Shown piece after piece: positions 11,586-24,707 of a stretch of DNA of 64,000 nucleotides. This DNA is from Bugula neritina (lineage: Eukaryota; Animalia; Bryozoa), in the NCBI GenBank assembly GCA_964035545.1, contig OZ037767.1, positions 19,856,628-19,920,627 of the forward strand, given 5' to 3'. How positions within the stretch are numbered: the stretch's first letter is position 1; each line of letters opens with the position of its first letter. Both the position numbers and the translations under genes were made by a program. The notes under the pieces were generated by a model that saw only the letters and a program-made list of their open reading frames with translations, was not told the origin of the DNA and did not search any database.

Positions 11586-12846
11586 ATTGCTTTAAATTTA
11601 CTTCCACAAACCCATATAGTAGCTAAAACTTCTCTTGTGACTTATCATTTGTCTAATAAATTATTAGCAACTTTTGCATTCCATTTCGTGTCTGCTATTG
11701 GATAATAAATTTTACATTTTACCTAAATGACACTAATGTCTACCGATTGAATTCTTTCTGTTAAGTAATGCCAACTGCTGGCCAAATTCATATATGGCAA
11801 GTTAGCAAATTATAGTTTTAACTGTGGCACATTTCAATGCTCTAGTGAATTGCTGGAAGTCATTAGATTGGAAGTTACCATGTTTCATCTGTATCGGAAT
11901 ATCATATAGCAAGTATACCAGTAGCTTTAATCAATTAATTCTGTGATATCATAGTAAATGTCATATTATTAGTCTTTATCTATATTCTATAAAATAGAAT
12001 ACATTGCAAGCTGCAACTCATATAACTCTGGAGCTAAAACTTAGGTGTTGTTCTAAAATTGAGTAGCTCAGATTCATCTGCCACATCACAAGATATCTAT
12101 AATAAGAAAAATGAATCAAAGCATGAAACAAATATCTCTAAATATAAAGAAGCCTACTAAAATTAAAGATGTCAGTTTCATGATAAATTGGTGTATCGGA
12201 GTTACCCTCACCTAGGCATAAAAAAGTTTTCTCACGAGTACCCAAGTGCATTGGAGTTATCCTATCTAAGTATAGTAATTGAAAGATAACAAGTCATGCA
12301 TGTATTAATACGAGCTGAGCCATCCAAAACCATCTTTTATGGACACTTTGCTGATATAGAGTTGTCTTCTCTCATTATATAAACCTGCAGTTGGTTAATT
12401 AGAATGTACAACTGTAAGGATGCTTAATGGTATTAGAAATAGATGTGTAGGCATCAAATGCTTATAATCCGCACATATCCGTGAATATTATGTAGGTCAG
12501 CATGGCAGGTAGAGGTGCTGAAACGTTATATGTCAAAGTTCATTTATAGATACAAGCTTGTCATAAGAGGGTTGTGGAGCTGCATATAGTCAAAAAATTT
12601 ACATCTAATGTACATTGTACTATATTTTTTAACACTAGTTTAATTATGAGAAGTTACTTTGTATGTCAAATTTTATTTAAAGATTAAACAGCTGCAACTT
12701 CGAAACTAAACATTATAATTTAACTTCAATTGTTGTATTGACTGCACATATAACATTAAAAAAGGGAATATAATTTTATACTATGTGTATAAGTCTTATA
12801 TTGTTATGTTTTAGAATATTGATGTATGTGTTTATATAAATTATTA

Positions 12847-13050
12847 GGGAGCAGCCATGGTCTAGGGGTTAAAGCGTTTGCCTAGTAAGCACGAAGTTAT
12901 GGGTTCAAGCTCTGACAAAGGTCATTAGTGATGTTAGGAAGAGCATGCAGTCATAATTGCTCCTGTGCCCTATCTGAATAATTGTCCTTAGCCTGATTCA
13001 ACAAAAACTTTTTACATCAGGGGTTTCTCACAGGGATGGTGACTATATAC
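12847..13050 (+). mobile_element. tRNA-derived SINE (family 2)
   Basis: GGGAGCAGCCATGGTCTAGGGG (A box), GGGTTCAAG (B box), GATGTTAGGAAGAGCAT core, GGTTTCTCACAGGGATGG tail; homologous to 53417-53606 and 56784-56981. Confidence 0.8.
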
Positions 13051-13718
13051 AAAATTGAGTAAGTTTTGTTTACATAAATCATTATTGTGAGCTATATTCA
13101 AGTAGTGACTTTATACAGTGGCTATATTCAAGTTGTGACTTTATTCAGTGAGACAATAGATATATAACTTTATTTCATAAAACGGAAAGCTTAAAAACTA
13201 TTGACTTTGTGTGAGCTTTTCAGCGATCTATTGAGGCGGTGTTTAATTTGGGTAATTGATATTTTTTGCAGTTAATTATATTTATTGAATGTTATAACTA
13301 TTCAATTTATAATAAAATGATAAACTGTAAAATGTAACAAATAGTTTCAATGAATATGATAAACAATTAGCATCTGGTGTTAACAGTTATTGCAAAGATA
13401 AAAAAGCTAGCAGCTTTAAACTTTCAAATTTATTATTTGCAGTTTCATAAAAAATATATGGTACAAAACAACTAAATAGAAAAGATACAAAGCAGATGGT
13501 TTACTGTACGCATGCAGCAGTGAACTTAGAGTTATATATCAACTGCATTTTAAAGTAGTACAAGGTATAAGCAGTTTTGTTAGAAACTATTCTTATATAT
13601 GAGTAAAACAATAACTATTTTACTTCTAATAAACAAATTTAAGAATGCCAATAAAATTGCCAAATTAACACTCTATTTAGAAATATAAAAGTTGAATCAC
13701 TCAGTACTTCTTAATTCT

Positions 13719-16682
13719 CTACGGAACAACTTTTGTATTCATATGAACCCCTCCATCACACTCAAGAAGAACTCCCGTGGTAAAGCTTGACTCGCTACTA
13801 GCCAGGAAGGCTATAGCCTTAGCTACTTCCTCTGGTTGTCCTACTTTACGAAGTGGGTATATGGTAGCAACACTGTCAAGAAACTAGAAATTAAATAATT
13901 TGCTGAAAGCTTTATATATAACTGAACAAAACACTATCAATCTCTTCCACACATTCAAACTCTAGGGAGCAGGTTTGTGTGCGTGTGTGTGTGTGTGTGC
14001 GTGCGTGCGTGCGTGTGTGCGTGTGTGCGTGTGGGTGCGTGTGCGTATAATACATATAGAAGAGATGGGTCATGTAGAACTTTTATTGAATACTGAGATA
14101 CTTTAAGTGAGTTATTATAGGACAAATATATTTATCTGCTAACTGTTCAAGTAAGTGCAATGAAACCATCACTTACCCCAGGTACGTCTTCCTTTGCCAT
14201 TATTCCCTCAAATATACTGGTTTTAGTAAAGCCAGGACTAAAACATGGTGATTTCATTGTGATTTCAATCTTCCCAATATAAATATTACAGCATTTTTTC
14301 TCTATTATTGTTTATATCAGTATTATACTATAATTTTAGTTCATGAACAGAGCAGCTGCAATTCAGTGAGTAGAGACATATTATTTCAGGTGTACTAACA
14401 GTGGTTATACAAGAATCACTATTCAGAATTATTGGTAACTATTCATGCTACTATTAACAGGATGAAATTACTTAATATAATCGTTTATGTGAACACACTT
14501 TTTACTCATCTTTGGCAGACCAAAGACAGGGTAAGCTAACATAGAGGAGGAAGCTTCTTTATTACTTACTTGACACTGTTAACTCTCACTTGTTTAGGAG
14601 CAAGATCTAAGGCTAAACTTTTTGTAAACTGGTCTAATGCTGCTTTTGACATTCCGTAAGCTACACCCATGGGGCACTATTGAAGATGAGTAGACATGCA
14701 TGGTTATGCAATATAATGTATGAAGCTAATTGAAAAATGAGACTGAAAATGGGACTTTGTAATTCTACATGATTTTCGTTCCTATTAGTTGTTTATTTCT
14801 GAGAGTAAATAAACATTTAAGTGCAAAGAAGACGTTTCAACAGCACAAGTTTTTTAATTTCCCTATAAATAGCTTTTAGTTTGGGTTAAAATTCTTGCAA
14901 GAAAATTTAACTACGTTTCTTACATTGCTCATTTTCAACACTAATTATTTAGAGCTTTTCCACTACTGTACTTGATCAATGCCAGGCATGCAAAATGTTT
15001 TTTGTTCCATTTTTATTGTTAATGTGGCAGAAACCACTAAAACGGTTTGCATGTTTCGTAATTAATTTATCAATCCATAAATTAGAAGAAAAATGATTAA
15101 TGAACTTATATAAAATAAACGTGATTTCAACTAAACTCATCCATAAACAGTACTATAGATGTATCATATATAAGCATTAGTTATGCATGGGTAAACAACT
15201 AGATCATCATTCCTCGCTTCTCACTGAGCCAAAATACTTAAAAATTTCTATAATGAGCCAAGAGACTAACTGTTTTCTAAAAGTCACTCTAAAATTCAGA
15301 CCTTGTATAACAAGATAAACTTACGGGAACTATCCCCAGTACACTAGACACATTGACAATGACTCCTTTACTCTCAATCAGATGTGGAACAGCCAGTTGT
15401 GTCAGTTTGTAGACAGACCGAACATTGGTAGCCATGATGGAGTCAAACTGCTCTATTGGCTCTGTCTCAAAACCAGAGAGTTTTGCTATTCCTGCATTGT
15501 TGACCTACAATGGTATATCAATGATATAAGCTATAAGCTGGTCTATTCAAAATCACTAGCAATATAGTTCATTGCCTTGTAATCAAATTTGAGTTCCTGA
15601 TGTAATGGTTATCATGTGTTTGAGGAGCATTAAAGAGCATTATTTTCTTAAAAGATATTTTTGTATACTGCGTTAGAGTGGACAACAATTTAAAAATTTG
15701 AGCTTTTCTTATACAGATTTTGACACTTGAGAAACGGGAACATGTAAAGCTAAACAATTTAGTAAATAGGTTTTTGAAGAAAAATATAGCCAAATTCATG
15801 GGCAAACCTACTGAAAATTTCATGCATTATTCTATGAGACAAACAGATGATAGCAAACAGCAACAGCAAAAAAGCATAATGAATATTTCAATATATCTCA
15901 CCAGCACATCCAACTGTTTGTAGTGTTCTATCGTCTTCTCAATAATTCTCACCACATCAGATTCAATGGTAAGATCTCCTACTATAGTGACGACATCACC
16001 AGCTCCTTTACACTGATTCACAGTCTCCTATTAAAGAATTGAAAATGTAAGAATTGGAAATCAATTTGATTACTTTGATAGCAGTTAAACTATATATAAC
16101 TTACCTGAAGATTGACTTCATTTCTACCACAGAGAGCCAGTTTAGATCCAAAAGATGCAAAGTGGATGGCAGTGGCTCTTCCAATACCAGAACTGGCTCC
16201 TGCATACAACACACTCACCAAATAATAACTCATCTTATATAGCAAATAATATAAATATATAAAATAATACTTACACTTTGCAGGTGTACTAAGAGGTATC
16301 CTAAAAATTATTACAGCATGGCTAATTATAAAAAATAATATTTAAGAATAATGAACTTGAAAAAGGCTTAATACTAAGGGCTGTTAGTCAAAGAATAAGG
16401 AACAGGCAAGCACAGGCATATATGATAATACGCATATATATATATACATACACACACACACACACACGCACGCACACACGCACGCACACACACGCACACG
16501 CACACGCACACGCACACGCACACACACACACACACACATATATATATGTGTGTGTATATATATATGTGTGTGTGTATATATAGGCCTATATATATATATA
16601 AACATAAAACTATAATCAAATAATAATGCTGACAGAATGAGTTACCTGTTATTAAAATAACTTTTCCTCCGAGAGACGACAT
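13719..16682 (-). CDS. Classical SDR oxidoreductase (FabG/3-oxoacyl reductase-like fold), copy A, 7 coding exons, apparently intact
   Basis: [13 protein letters not shown]|ASSGIG...|...QLDVL|VNNAG...IVNVSS|[18 protein letters not shown]...VRVNSVN|PGFTKT...|...[15 protein letters not shown]...CDGG...VVP*. GT-AG junctions; ATG at 16682, TAG at 13719-13721. Confidence 0.92.
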
Positions 16683-17979
16683 CTTCTTTACCTTATCAGC
16701 TAGCTCTATCAGCACATTAAGCAGAGTTCAAGTAAATTGTTTACATGAATATCATACAACTAGTCACCATTTGGCAAATCTCAGGTGTGTCAAGTCACGA
16801 AAGATGAATAGCAGACATAAATTCTGATCAGGCTGACACTAATACTCTTAAAGAGCTATTTAAGGTTCTAATTATAGAGTAGCTTATAGCTTTATAGAGG
16901 TCAACTTTATTCTGTAAAAACTAAGAAATATATAACCCTTTTTCCATTTTTTTTTCTTTATTTACTGCAGAGCTCTGAATTTCTGTAAGGATGAGACATG
17001 TTTTAGGCACTATAACTATAGTATCCTACAAGTATCGCTTTTTCAGAGTTTTGGTTATACTCTCAGTAGATTAGAGTTTGTGTTTACATTATTTATCAGA
17101 TTAGCTTTTTTATAAGTAATGTAATATGATATGATATAATCCAATAAAATGATACAATATAATAGACAAAATATTGTTTAAAAACCCCTTCTTAATGAAA
17201 GGTTTTTTATAAATTTTAAGTTTTGATGTGATTGTGCAGAATCTTGTGTAGCCAAAATTAGAAAAAGTGTTTTTTATTTCTCGATTAAATAGTCTAAATT
17301 GTATAAAGTGCTTCCACACTTTGACCTGAAGGAAGCAGTCTGATTTAAAAACAGCTTTTTCAAAGAAAGCATCTAATGATACGCACTTGTAAATTCATTC
17401 AATGGCCAATTAAATATTGTCAAACTATATCATATGACATAATATTAAATTTCATATCATGCAGGTCCCCTTTAACATGATATCCTATATTCTACCGTGT
17501 CATACCATACCGTATCATATGATATATAATACTAATGATGTCAGTGCAAGCAAATAAATGTAATTTGTTGATATTTTGAAGTACATTGCATCCATTTTAA
17601 TAACAGCAAAACTTGTTGTACATAGTTGATAGTTGTTGTAGTCAACATTGTTGGTCTTCTAATTAAATTGCACTAGAAAAATATAAAATGCTAATTTAAA
17701 AACTGATAAATCACGATGAGCCCAAGAATCATTTAATATTATTAACCAATCACTGCTTGAAATCAATCATTATCTGGCTATTAAGTAGTTGCCAACTCAA
17801 TATATGTCCTTAAATATCCTTAAACAGTCATATCTTAAGCTGGGGCAAGTGTGACTATAAGTTGAACAAGGCTTTACATCTGACCTTTTTTTATTCCATC
17901 TCATCAGAATTAGTATTCTTGGTACGTAGAACTAGTAATTACACTGATTGAGCATGTTTGTGTGTGCGTACTCGCGTGC

Positions 17980-18030
<51 letters not shown>

Positions 18031-18158
18031 GGTTTGTGTTTGTGTATTGAATGCACGTCTTGATCTGGAATACTATTTTACTCTAGTTACTGTTCCTTCT
18101 AGAAAATTTTAGGTCAGACTGCATAGCCTCTTCCACTCTTCAAATTCTACAAAGAAAG

Positions 18159-21100
18159 ATGTCAAGTTACAGAAGGTATGATGACCCTGTCCAGATATCT
18201 GAATATGTTGTCAGCAGACCTAAATACCCTCAAAAAGTGTTTGACATGATCCTGGAGTACACGAGGCAGCAGGTTTGTTTTAAAGTTCTCACAATTTGTT
18301 TCTTTAGTTATGACATAAGAACCTAGCTTATATAATATGTAGATTTGCACAATTACCTTCTCCTGTAGTACGACACTTGTTCTTGAGTATTGTTTAATAA
18401 TATAACTTAAGCATGAAGACAGAAGCACGTTTAGAAAATAACCCACAGCATTCTTTAAGTTTTTCTAACTGAAGACACTTGATAATATATAAAATGGCTT
18501 TGCATTTGACCAATTTGACAAAAATTGAAAAACTGGTGCATATTGAATAACTAGAAAGTGAGTTGTCTCGTAGTAATGTTTCAATATGTTGCGGCTATAT
18601 GCTGACTTATACAATCTAAATCCATCCCACAAAATCATCATCAGTTAGACTATATTCTATAACATTTTTCACATTGCATATAGAAATCAATAGTACAAGT
18701 ATTAATAATAGCAAACAAATGCTACATGTATATAAGATAATCATAATTTTTATTGATTTTGGTATTCAATTATATTGAGCTGTTACTACTAATACTGAAG
18801 GTGTATAATACACTAGGTGCTGTAGTCCTGTTTTTCTCCTTGTTGGGTACTTCTTGAACAATGCATGAAATCTCATATTCATATATTAATTTCCTTATGT
18901 ATAAGCAGTACCTTCTAAATCTGGAAAGTTCCCCTTAGCGGTTGATCGATGTGGGTTGTGGGCCTGGCTTGATGTCTACCTCATTTCTGGCACCTCACTT
19001 TGATAAAGTTCTCGGAATAGACATCAGTGAAGCTCAAATAGCTGAAGCTAATGCCAACAAAGAATATGACAACATAGAGTACAAGTAAATAACAATTACT
19101 GGAAAAAGTATTATAGATTTTGTTACTAGTATATCAATAACTATAAATATATGCAGTAACTGCATGTATATAGTGGTGCGCTCAACTTACATGAGTAAAG
19201 CCTAATACATTCTCCGGTGCAGCATACACTTGTAAAGTTTATTTATATTGTATTTTACCAACACATATATTTACAGCATTTTATGTTATTTTTGTATACA
19301 TGCAAGTAGTGTAAGAAGTTTTGAGTGACCATCAGTTTCTTATGAATAATATATCAATTATTGTGTTTAGTGACAATGTTTGTAGCCATTATATATAGTA
19401 ACAACTGCTACAGAACATTGTGAAGTACGTTATGTTATGATGTCACAGAGTTGCACACGCCGAGAGCATGCCAGTAGAAGATAACTCCGTTACACTGGTG
19501 CAGGTGGCCACTGCACTGCATTGGTTGGATCATGAGAAGTTCTACAGAGAATGTGACAGAGTTCTGGTTGCTGGAGGAGTTATCGCTGCTTTCTCTCATT
19601 ACCCAGACATACAAGTTATAGACCATCCCAATAAGGATCACCTTACGAGAATCCTTAGAGAGGTGAGAGATGATTAAATCACCCTTACTAAGACTTGAAT
19701 CTGCAATTAGCACACTTACTTATTCTTTAGCTTTTAGTAGAAACCGCAGATGTCATTTAAATTTAAATAAAATTTTTGCATCAAGTATTATTGCCTAAAC
19801 TATATGTAGGTCAAATGTGGAACATGGGTGATTAAAATTTTCGCAAGTTCTTCCCATGAATTGGTTTGAAATATTGGTAAAAGATTAATGGCTTTATGAT
19901 TCTTTGAAGATTCAACTTATAAACTTATGGAACAGAAATTTATTAGAAAAGCTAAGTTTAGGGTAATTTAACGGCTGGCTAAAATATGGTGCCACATGTT
20001 GACTTGATTACAAAGTTTACAACTTAGTTTTGTGCAAAGAATTATTACAGCTTAAGCTATTGCAAGTCTTACATTGAAAATGCAAACTTTAGCCATAATA
20101 ATGAATAAGCAACTGCATTAGTTTAATCATTTCACACTGCATTTAGTATAAAACTAATAAATAGTTGAATAACTAACTAATTGAAATCTACTTCTCCGTT
20201 TTGTTTGAGTTGAGGCTAAGCTAGTGGGCTTTTTAGGTTGACGATTTGTTACTGTTATTAACATCAGAGCTCCCACTTTCAGATACAAGTGAAGATAACT
20301 TCTAATGAGAACCCAGAGTATCTTCTCCCTAATAAGTATGCAGCTGAATACTATAAAGATCCTTGCCTTCAAATACCTTATTTGGACACACAGAGGTAGG
20401 ATAACTCTACATCTTGTATAATAGTGTGATAACTCTAGGTCATGTGATATGCTGTACCAGAGAACAATTTTGAGCTTTATCTACAAATTCAGTGGAAGGC
20501 TTTTATAAATTGCAAGCCGAAAATATATTCAACTGTTTTCCATAATACATTTTAGAACAACTTCTAGAAAAGTTATATCTTTTCAGCCTGAAGATTTATT
20601 AGAGATATCTTTTTAATAATTTTCAAAATCTTCAGCTATGCATGGCTGAATTTTAATGTTGCTTAGCGACAGCAGGAAAAGTCTTCAATTATTAGACATA
20701 ACTTTTGAGCACTTTTTTAAGCTATTTTTGTTACAACAAACTTCTAGACCTAGTAACTGAATTTATATGTAACTATGTGCATTTCGCTGCTTTTCTATCC
20801 AGTATATATTTCGAATAATATTCAGAAGATATACTAGCATATTACGCTAGCTCAGAAATTGATCTCCTTGACAAAAAGTGATTGGCATGAATTCAACTAT
20901 CTTTCATGATAATTTTTATGACAGAATATATCTGACACAATCAGTGTGCATATATTACGCCGACGACAATCATGTTTATACTCCATATTTGATATATTCC
21001 GTATAAAAGTATAACTCCAAAATTTTCCTATTGATTAAATGCCATGCTATCTCAACATATTTAAGTAATTAACTGTTTAATGCTTTATAATAGGTATGAT

Positions 21101-21430
21101 GATATACTTTATCCATTCCACACTACAATAGCTGGTATTCACAGATACTACATGACAATAACCTGTGTCAGAAAGTTTATAAACAGCAACGAAGAAAGAA
21201 AAAGATGGTGGAAGGATATATTTGACAGGTTCGTATGTACCCTGTTTTAAGCTACAACCAGCTCAACTTGAAATGTCACATTGTGCTACAGCTGTGTTAC
21301 TTATGTTATGCTTTGAATGGCTTGTAGGATAATGGAGGCGTACGGGACGGACAACTCTGAATCTCCTTTAACTATTCAGTTTAAAGTATATCTTTTGTTG
21401 GGAAGAAAGCCAAAAATAATACTTGAATAA
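18159..21430 (+). CDS. Class I SAM-dependent methyltransferase (Methyltransf_11-like), copy 1, 6 coding exons
   Basis: RPKYP N-terminal motif; motif I DVGCGPG; GIDISEAQI; VTLVQVATALHWLD; LVAGGVIA; C-terminal LLLGRKP. Exon 2 has a lost acceptor and a 4-bp insertion (see findings). Confidence 0.8.
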
Positions 21431-22002
21431 ACGCATTTCAAGTTGTGCAAATTTACAAACCAATAAACATTTATATTATGAAGATCCTTTTTAATGAGCA
21501 AAATTTTTCAGAATGTTATTTATAATTTTCAGTTTGGAAATAAAACAGCAAAGTGCCTGCTATTAAAATATACTATGTTGATTAACATTTAAAGCAAGTT
21601 TCTAAAGCAAATTTGAATTTTTTCTACTTTCTGCTTAAAATATACAGTTTGTTATAGTGAAGCACACAATTATATAGTGAAAGTAGCTTTAGGTAGCTGC
21701 ATATTGCTTCTGTATTAGTATAATGGAAACTTTTCAAGGGGAGCAGTATCAAAACTTTTTATTAATTGCTTAAAAAAACTGGTTTATTCCTAAACTACAA
21801 CTTTCTGCATATATTACAAATTACTTAGCAGTTAGGTGTGCCACTTGGACTAGCAGTCATGTAAATGTGTAGCTAAATAATGGCATAAACTTCTAAAATA
21901 TAAATTAATGGAACAGCTGGTATTCAAATATAAAATGTAGTGGTGCATGTACAAATTTATCAACTTAAACCATATTAAATTTTATTGTTTATAGTTAAGA
22001 AA

Positions 22003-22135
22003 CTATGATATGATATTGTGATATGATACTGTGATATGATACTATGATATGATACTGTGATATGATACTGTGATATGATACTGTATAATATGATACTGTG
22101 ATACAATATGTTATGATATGGTATGGTATGATATA
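22003..22135. repeat. 15-bp minisatellite (TGATATGATACTG-like)
   Basis: Visible tandem units at the junction of the two methyltransferase duplication units. Confidence 0.85.
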
Positions 22136-22446
22136 GCAATAATGATATAACACAAATTATGCCATTTCACATATTGCACACATCCCCAGCAACCTGTATA
22201 AATTGCTATAAATACCATCCATCAATCATTCAATCAATCAACCACTGCCTGTTTATTAACCAATTGCCAACTCAATATATCTTATACATATGCTGCAGTC
22301 ATGCTTGAAGTTCGTGGGAGTGTGACACTTTGAACAAGGTTTTACATTTGAACTTTCTTTTATCATACAGTCTCATATTTTAGTTTTTATCAGCATTTAT
22401 TCTTGGTAAGTATAGAACTATTAATTACACTGAATAAGCCATTGTG

Positions 22447-22560
<114 letters not shown>

Positions 22561-22833
22561 CGTGTGTGTGTGTGTGTGTGTGTGAGTGTGTGTGTGTGCG
22601 TGTGTGTGCGTGTGTGTGCGTGTGTGTGCGTGTGTGTGCGTGTGTGTGCGTGTGTGTGTGTGCGTGTGTGCGTGTGTGTGTGCGTGTGTGTGTGAGTGTG
22701 TGTGTGCGTGTGTGTGTGCGTGTGTGCGTGTGTGTATGTGTGTGTATGTGTGTGTGTGCGTGTGTGTGTGCGTGTGTGTGCGTGTGTGTGTATGTGTGTA
22801 TGTGTGTGTACATGTGTGTGCATGTGTGTGCAT

Positions 22834-24406
22834 CAGGGTTGGGGTCAATTACATGAAGATTTGTCAATTACAATCACAATTATAATTACACTTAAAAAGT
22901 AATGTAATTAATTACAATTACAATTACTTTTGTTCTCACAAGGAATAAATAGAAGTAATTATACAATGTCACTTCGAGGGTCTAACTACCAGGGGCAATG
23001 TTGACAGTGGTGAACCTTCTTTGTTCTCAACAGTGATACTATAGAGTCATTCCATGCCAATTCAGCCAAATTTTAAGGGATCCCACGCCTTTGAATGTCA
23101 TATTTTGCTCATATTTACACCAAATGGACCTAGACATGTCTGGAGTACTATTCGTGAACATTTCTGGCCTGACACAAAAACTTTTTGAGAAATGACTACT
23201 TTTGTGAACAAAAGTTGGGAAATATTTTGAGGAAATTTTTGTGATTTATACTTTAGATTAAGCCTTAAAATTTGTTGTGGCGAATATTTGAATTTTTTCA
23301 AAATTTACAAAAACTTGATCATATTCAATGGCTTAGCATATATGCACACAAGGTATTCTGTAGTATGTGTTGCTACTAGTGCAAATTGATAGGTATTATC
23401 AAATCGCACAGGAAATTTTAAGGCTCAGTCTAGAAAAATGATTGAGATATGGATGTTTATAGATTGGTCTAAAAGTTAAAATCACAAATTTTCCTCAAAA
23501 TTTTTCCCAACTTTTGTCCACAAAAGTAGTAATTTTTCAAAAAGTTTTGTTGTCAGGCCAGAAATATTTAGGAAGAGTACTCAGGACATGTGTATAGGTC
23601 TATTTGATATAATATGAACAAAATCTGAGGGTTTTATCCCACATAGATGCTTCCCAGTTAGACGCTATTTTTTATTTTGTAACATAATCATGTATATAAC
23701 TGGTGTGATGATTGCTAAATAGCTAATTTGCTTATAATAGCTATTATAGGTAATATAAAGTGTGTGGAATAATAGCCCACTGTTCACAGATTTGTGTGGG
23801 GCAAAAAACAGTAATACATTAATAATAGACATTACTTTTAATGAATACTTATTAACGAAATATTTTTTTCAAACAACAAAAAGTATAGAATATGCAAAAT
23901 TGATAAGGTAATGCAGATCAAAGGAATTTATTTATGCGCTAAATAGCAAACAATTGATCCAAGTTTATTTAAATATACATTTATTTTAATAATTTCAAAT
24001 AAATTGCACATAAACTATGTATTGTACCAAAATAAATAAATAGCGTCTAAGTGGGAAATTTAGCCTAGCGTCTAACTGGGATGACACCAATCTGAGACAC
24101 AAAAGCACAGGCCAATTGGTGAGTTGGCATGGAATGACTCTATACTATATTGACTTAATCTGAACTTGTTATTTAACAGTAAGCATGGTAGGAAAAGAAT
24201 GAATTTTTCAAGATTTAAAAGTTTGAAGTAATTGACATGTAATTATAAAGTAATTGTACAAATCAATTACATTAGATATGTAATTAATTACAATTAAAAT
24301 TACAATTAAATTTTTATACATCAATTACAAATTACCTTCAATTACTTGAAAAAATGTAATTAATTACAACCAATTACAATTACAAAATACAATTACCCCA
24401 ACCCTG
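22834..24406. mobile_element. hAT-type MITE, copy 2, containing the same inner foldback MITE (23042-24142)
   Basis: Same TIR as 4412-5605; perfect 8-bp TSD GTGTGCAT (22826-22833, 24407-24414); collinear with copy 1. Confidence 0.92.
23630..24088. mobile_element. Third-level MITE with GG ends and 8-bp TSD (possibly Merlin-like)
   Basis: Absent from copy 1 (empty site ACTCTGAGACAC at ~5289). TSD AATCTGAG at 23622-23629 and 24089-24096. Imperfect TIR GGTTTTATCCCACATAGATGCT / AGCGTCTAACTGGGATGACACC with a repeated CCCAGTTAGACGCTA motif. Confidence 0.8.
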
Positions 24407-24707
24407 GTGTGCATGCATGCGTGTGTGTGCGTGTATGTGTTTGTGTTCAGGTGTGCGGCGTGTGCAGTGAGTGTATGTGTGCATGCGTGTGTGAGTGTGT
24501 GTGTCAGTGTATGTGTGCATGCGTTTGTGTGCGTGTTCGTGTGCGTGTGCGAATGCGTGTGCGTGTGCATGTGTGCATGGGTTTTAGTGTATGTATTGAA
24601 TGCACGTCTTGATCTAGAATACTATTTTACTCTAATTGCTGTTCCTTCTAGAGAATTGTAGACTAGACTGCATAGCTTCTTCCACTCTTCAAATTCTACA
24701 AAGAAAG

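Noticed and set aside
16885-17477. Possible Kolobok-like element ending CCCCTTTAA
   Set aside because: Only one convincing end; no matching TIR or TSD could be established.
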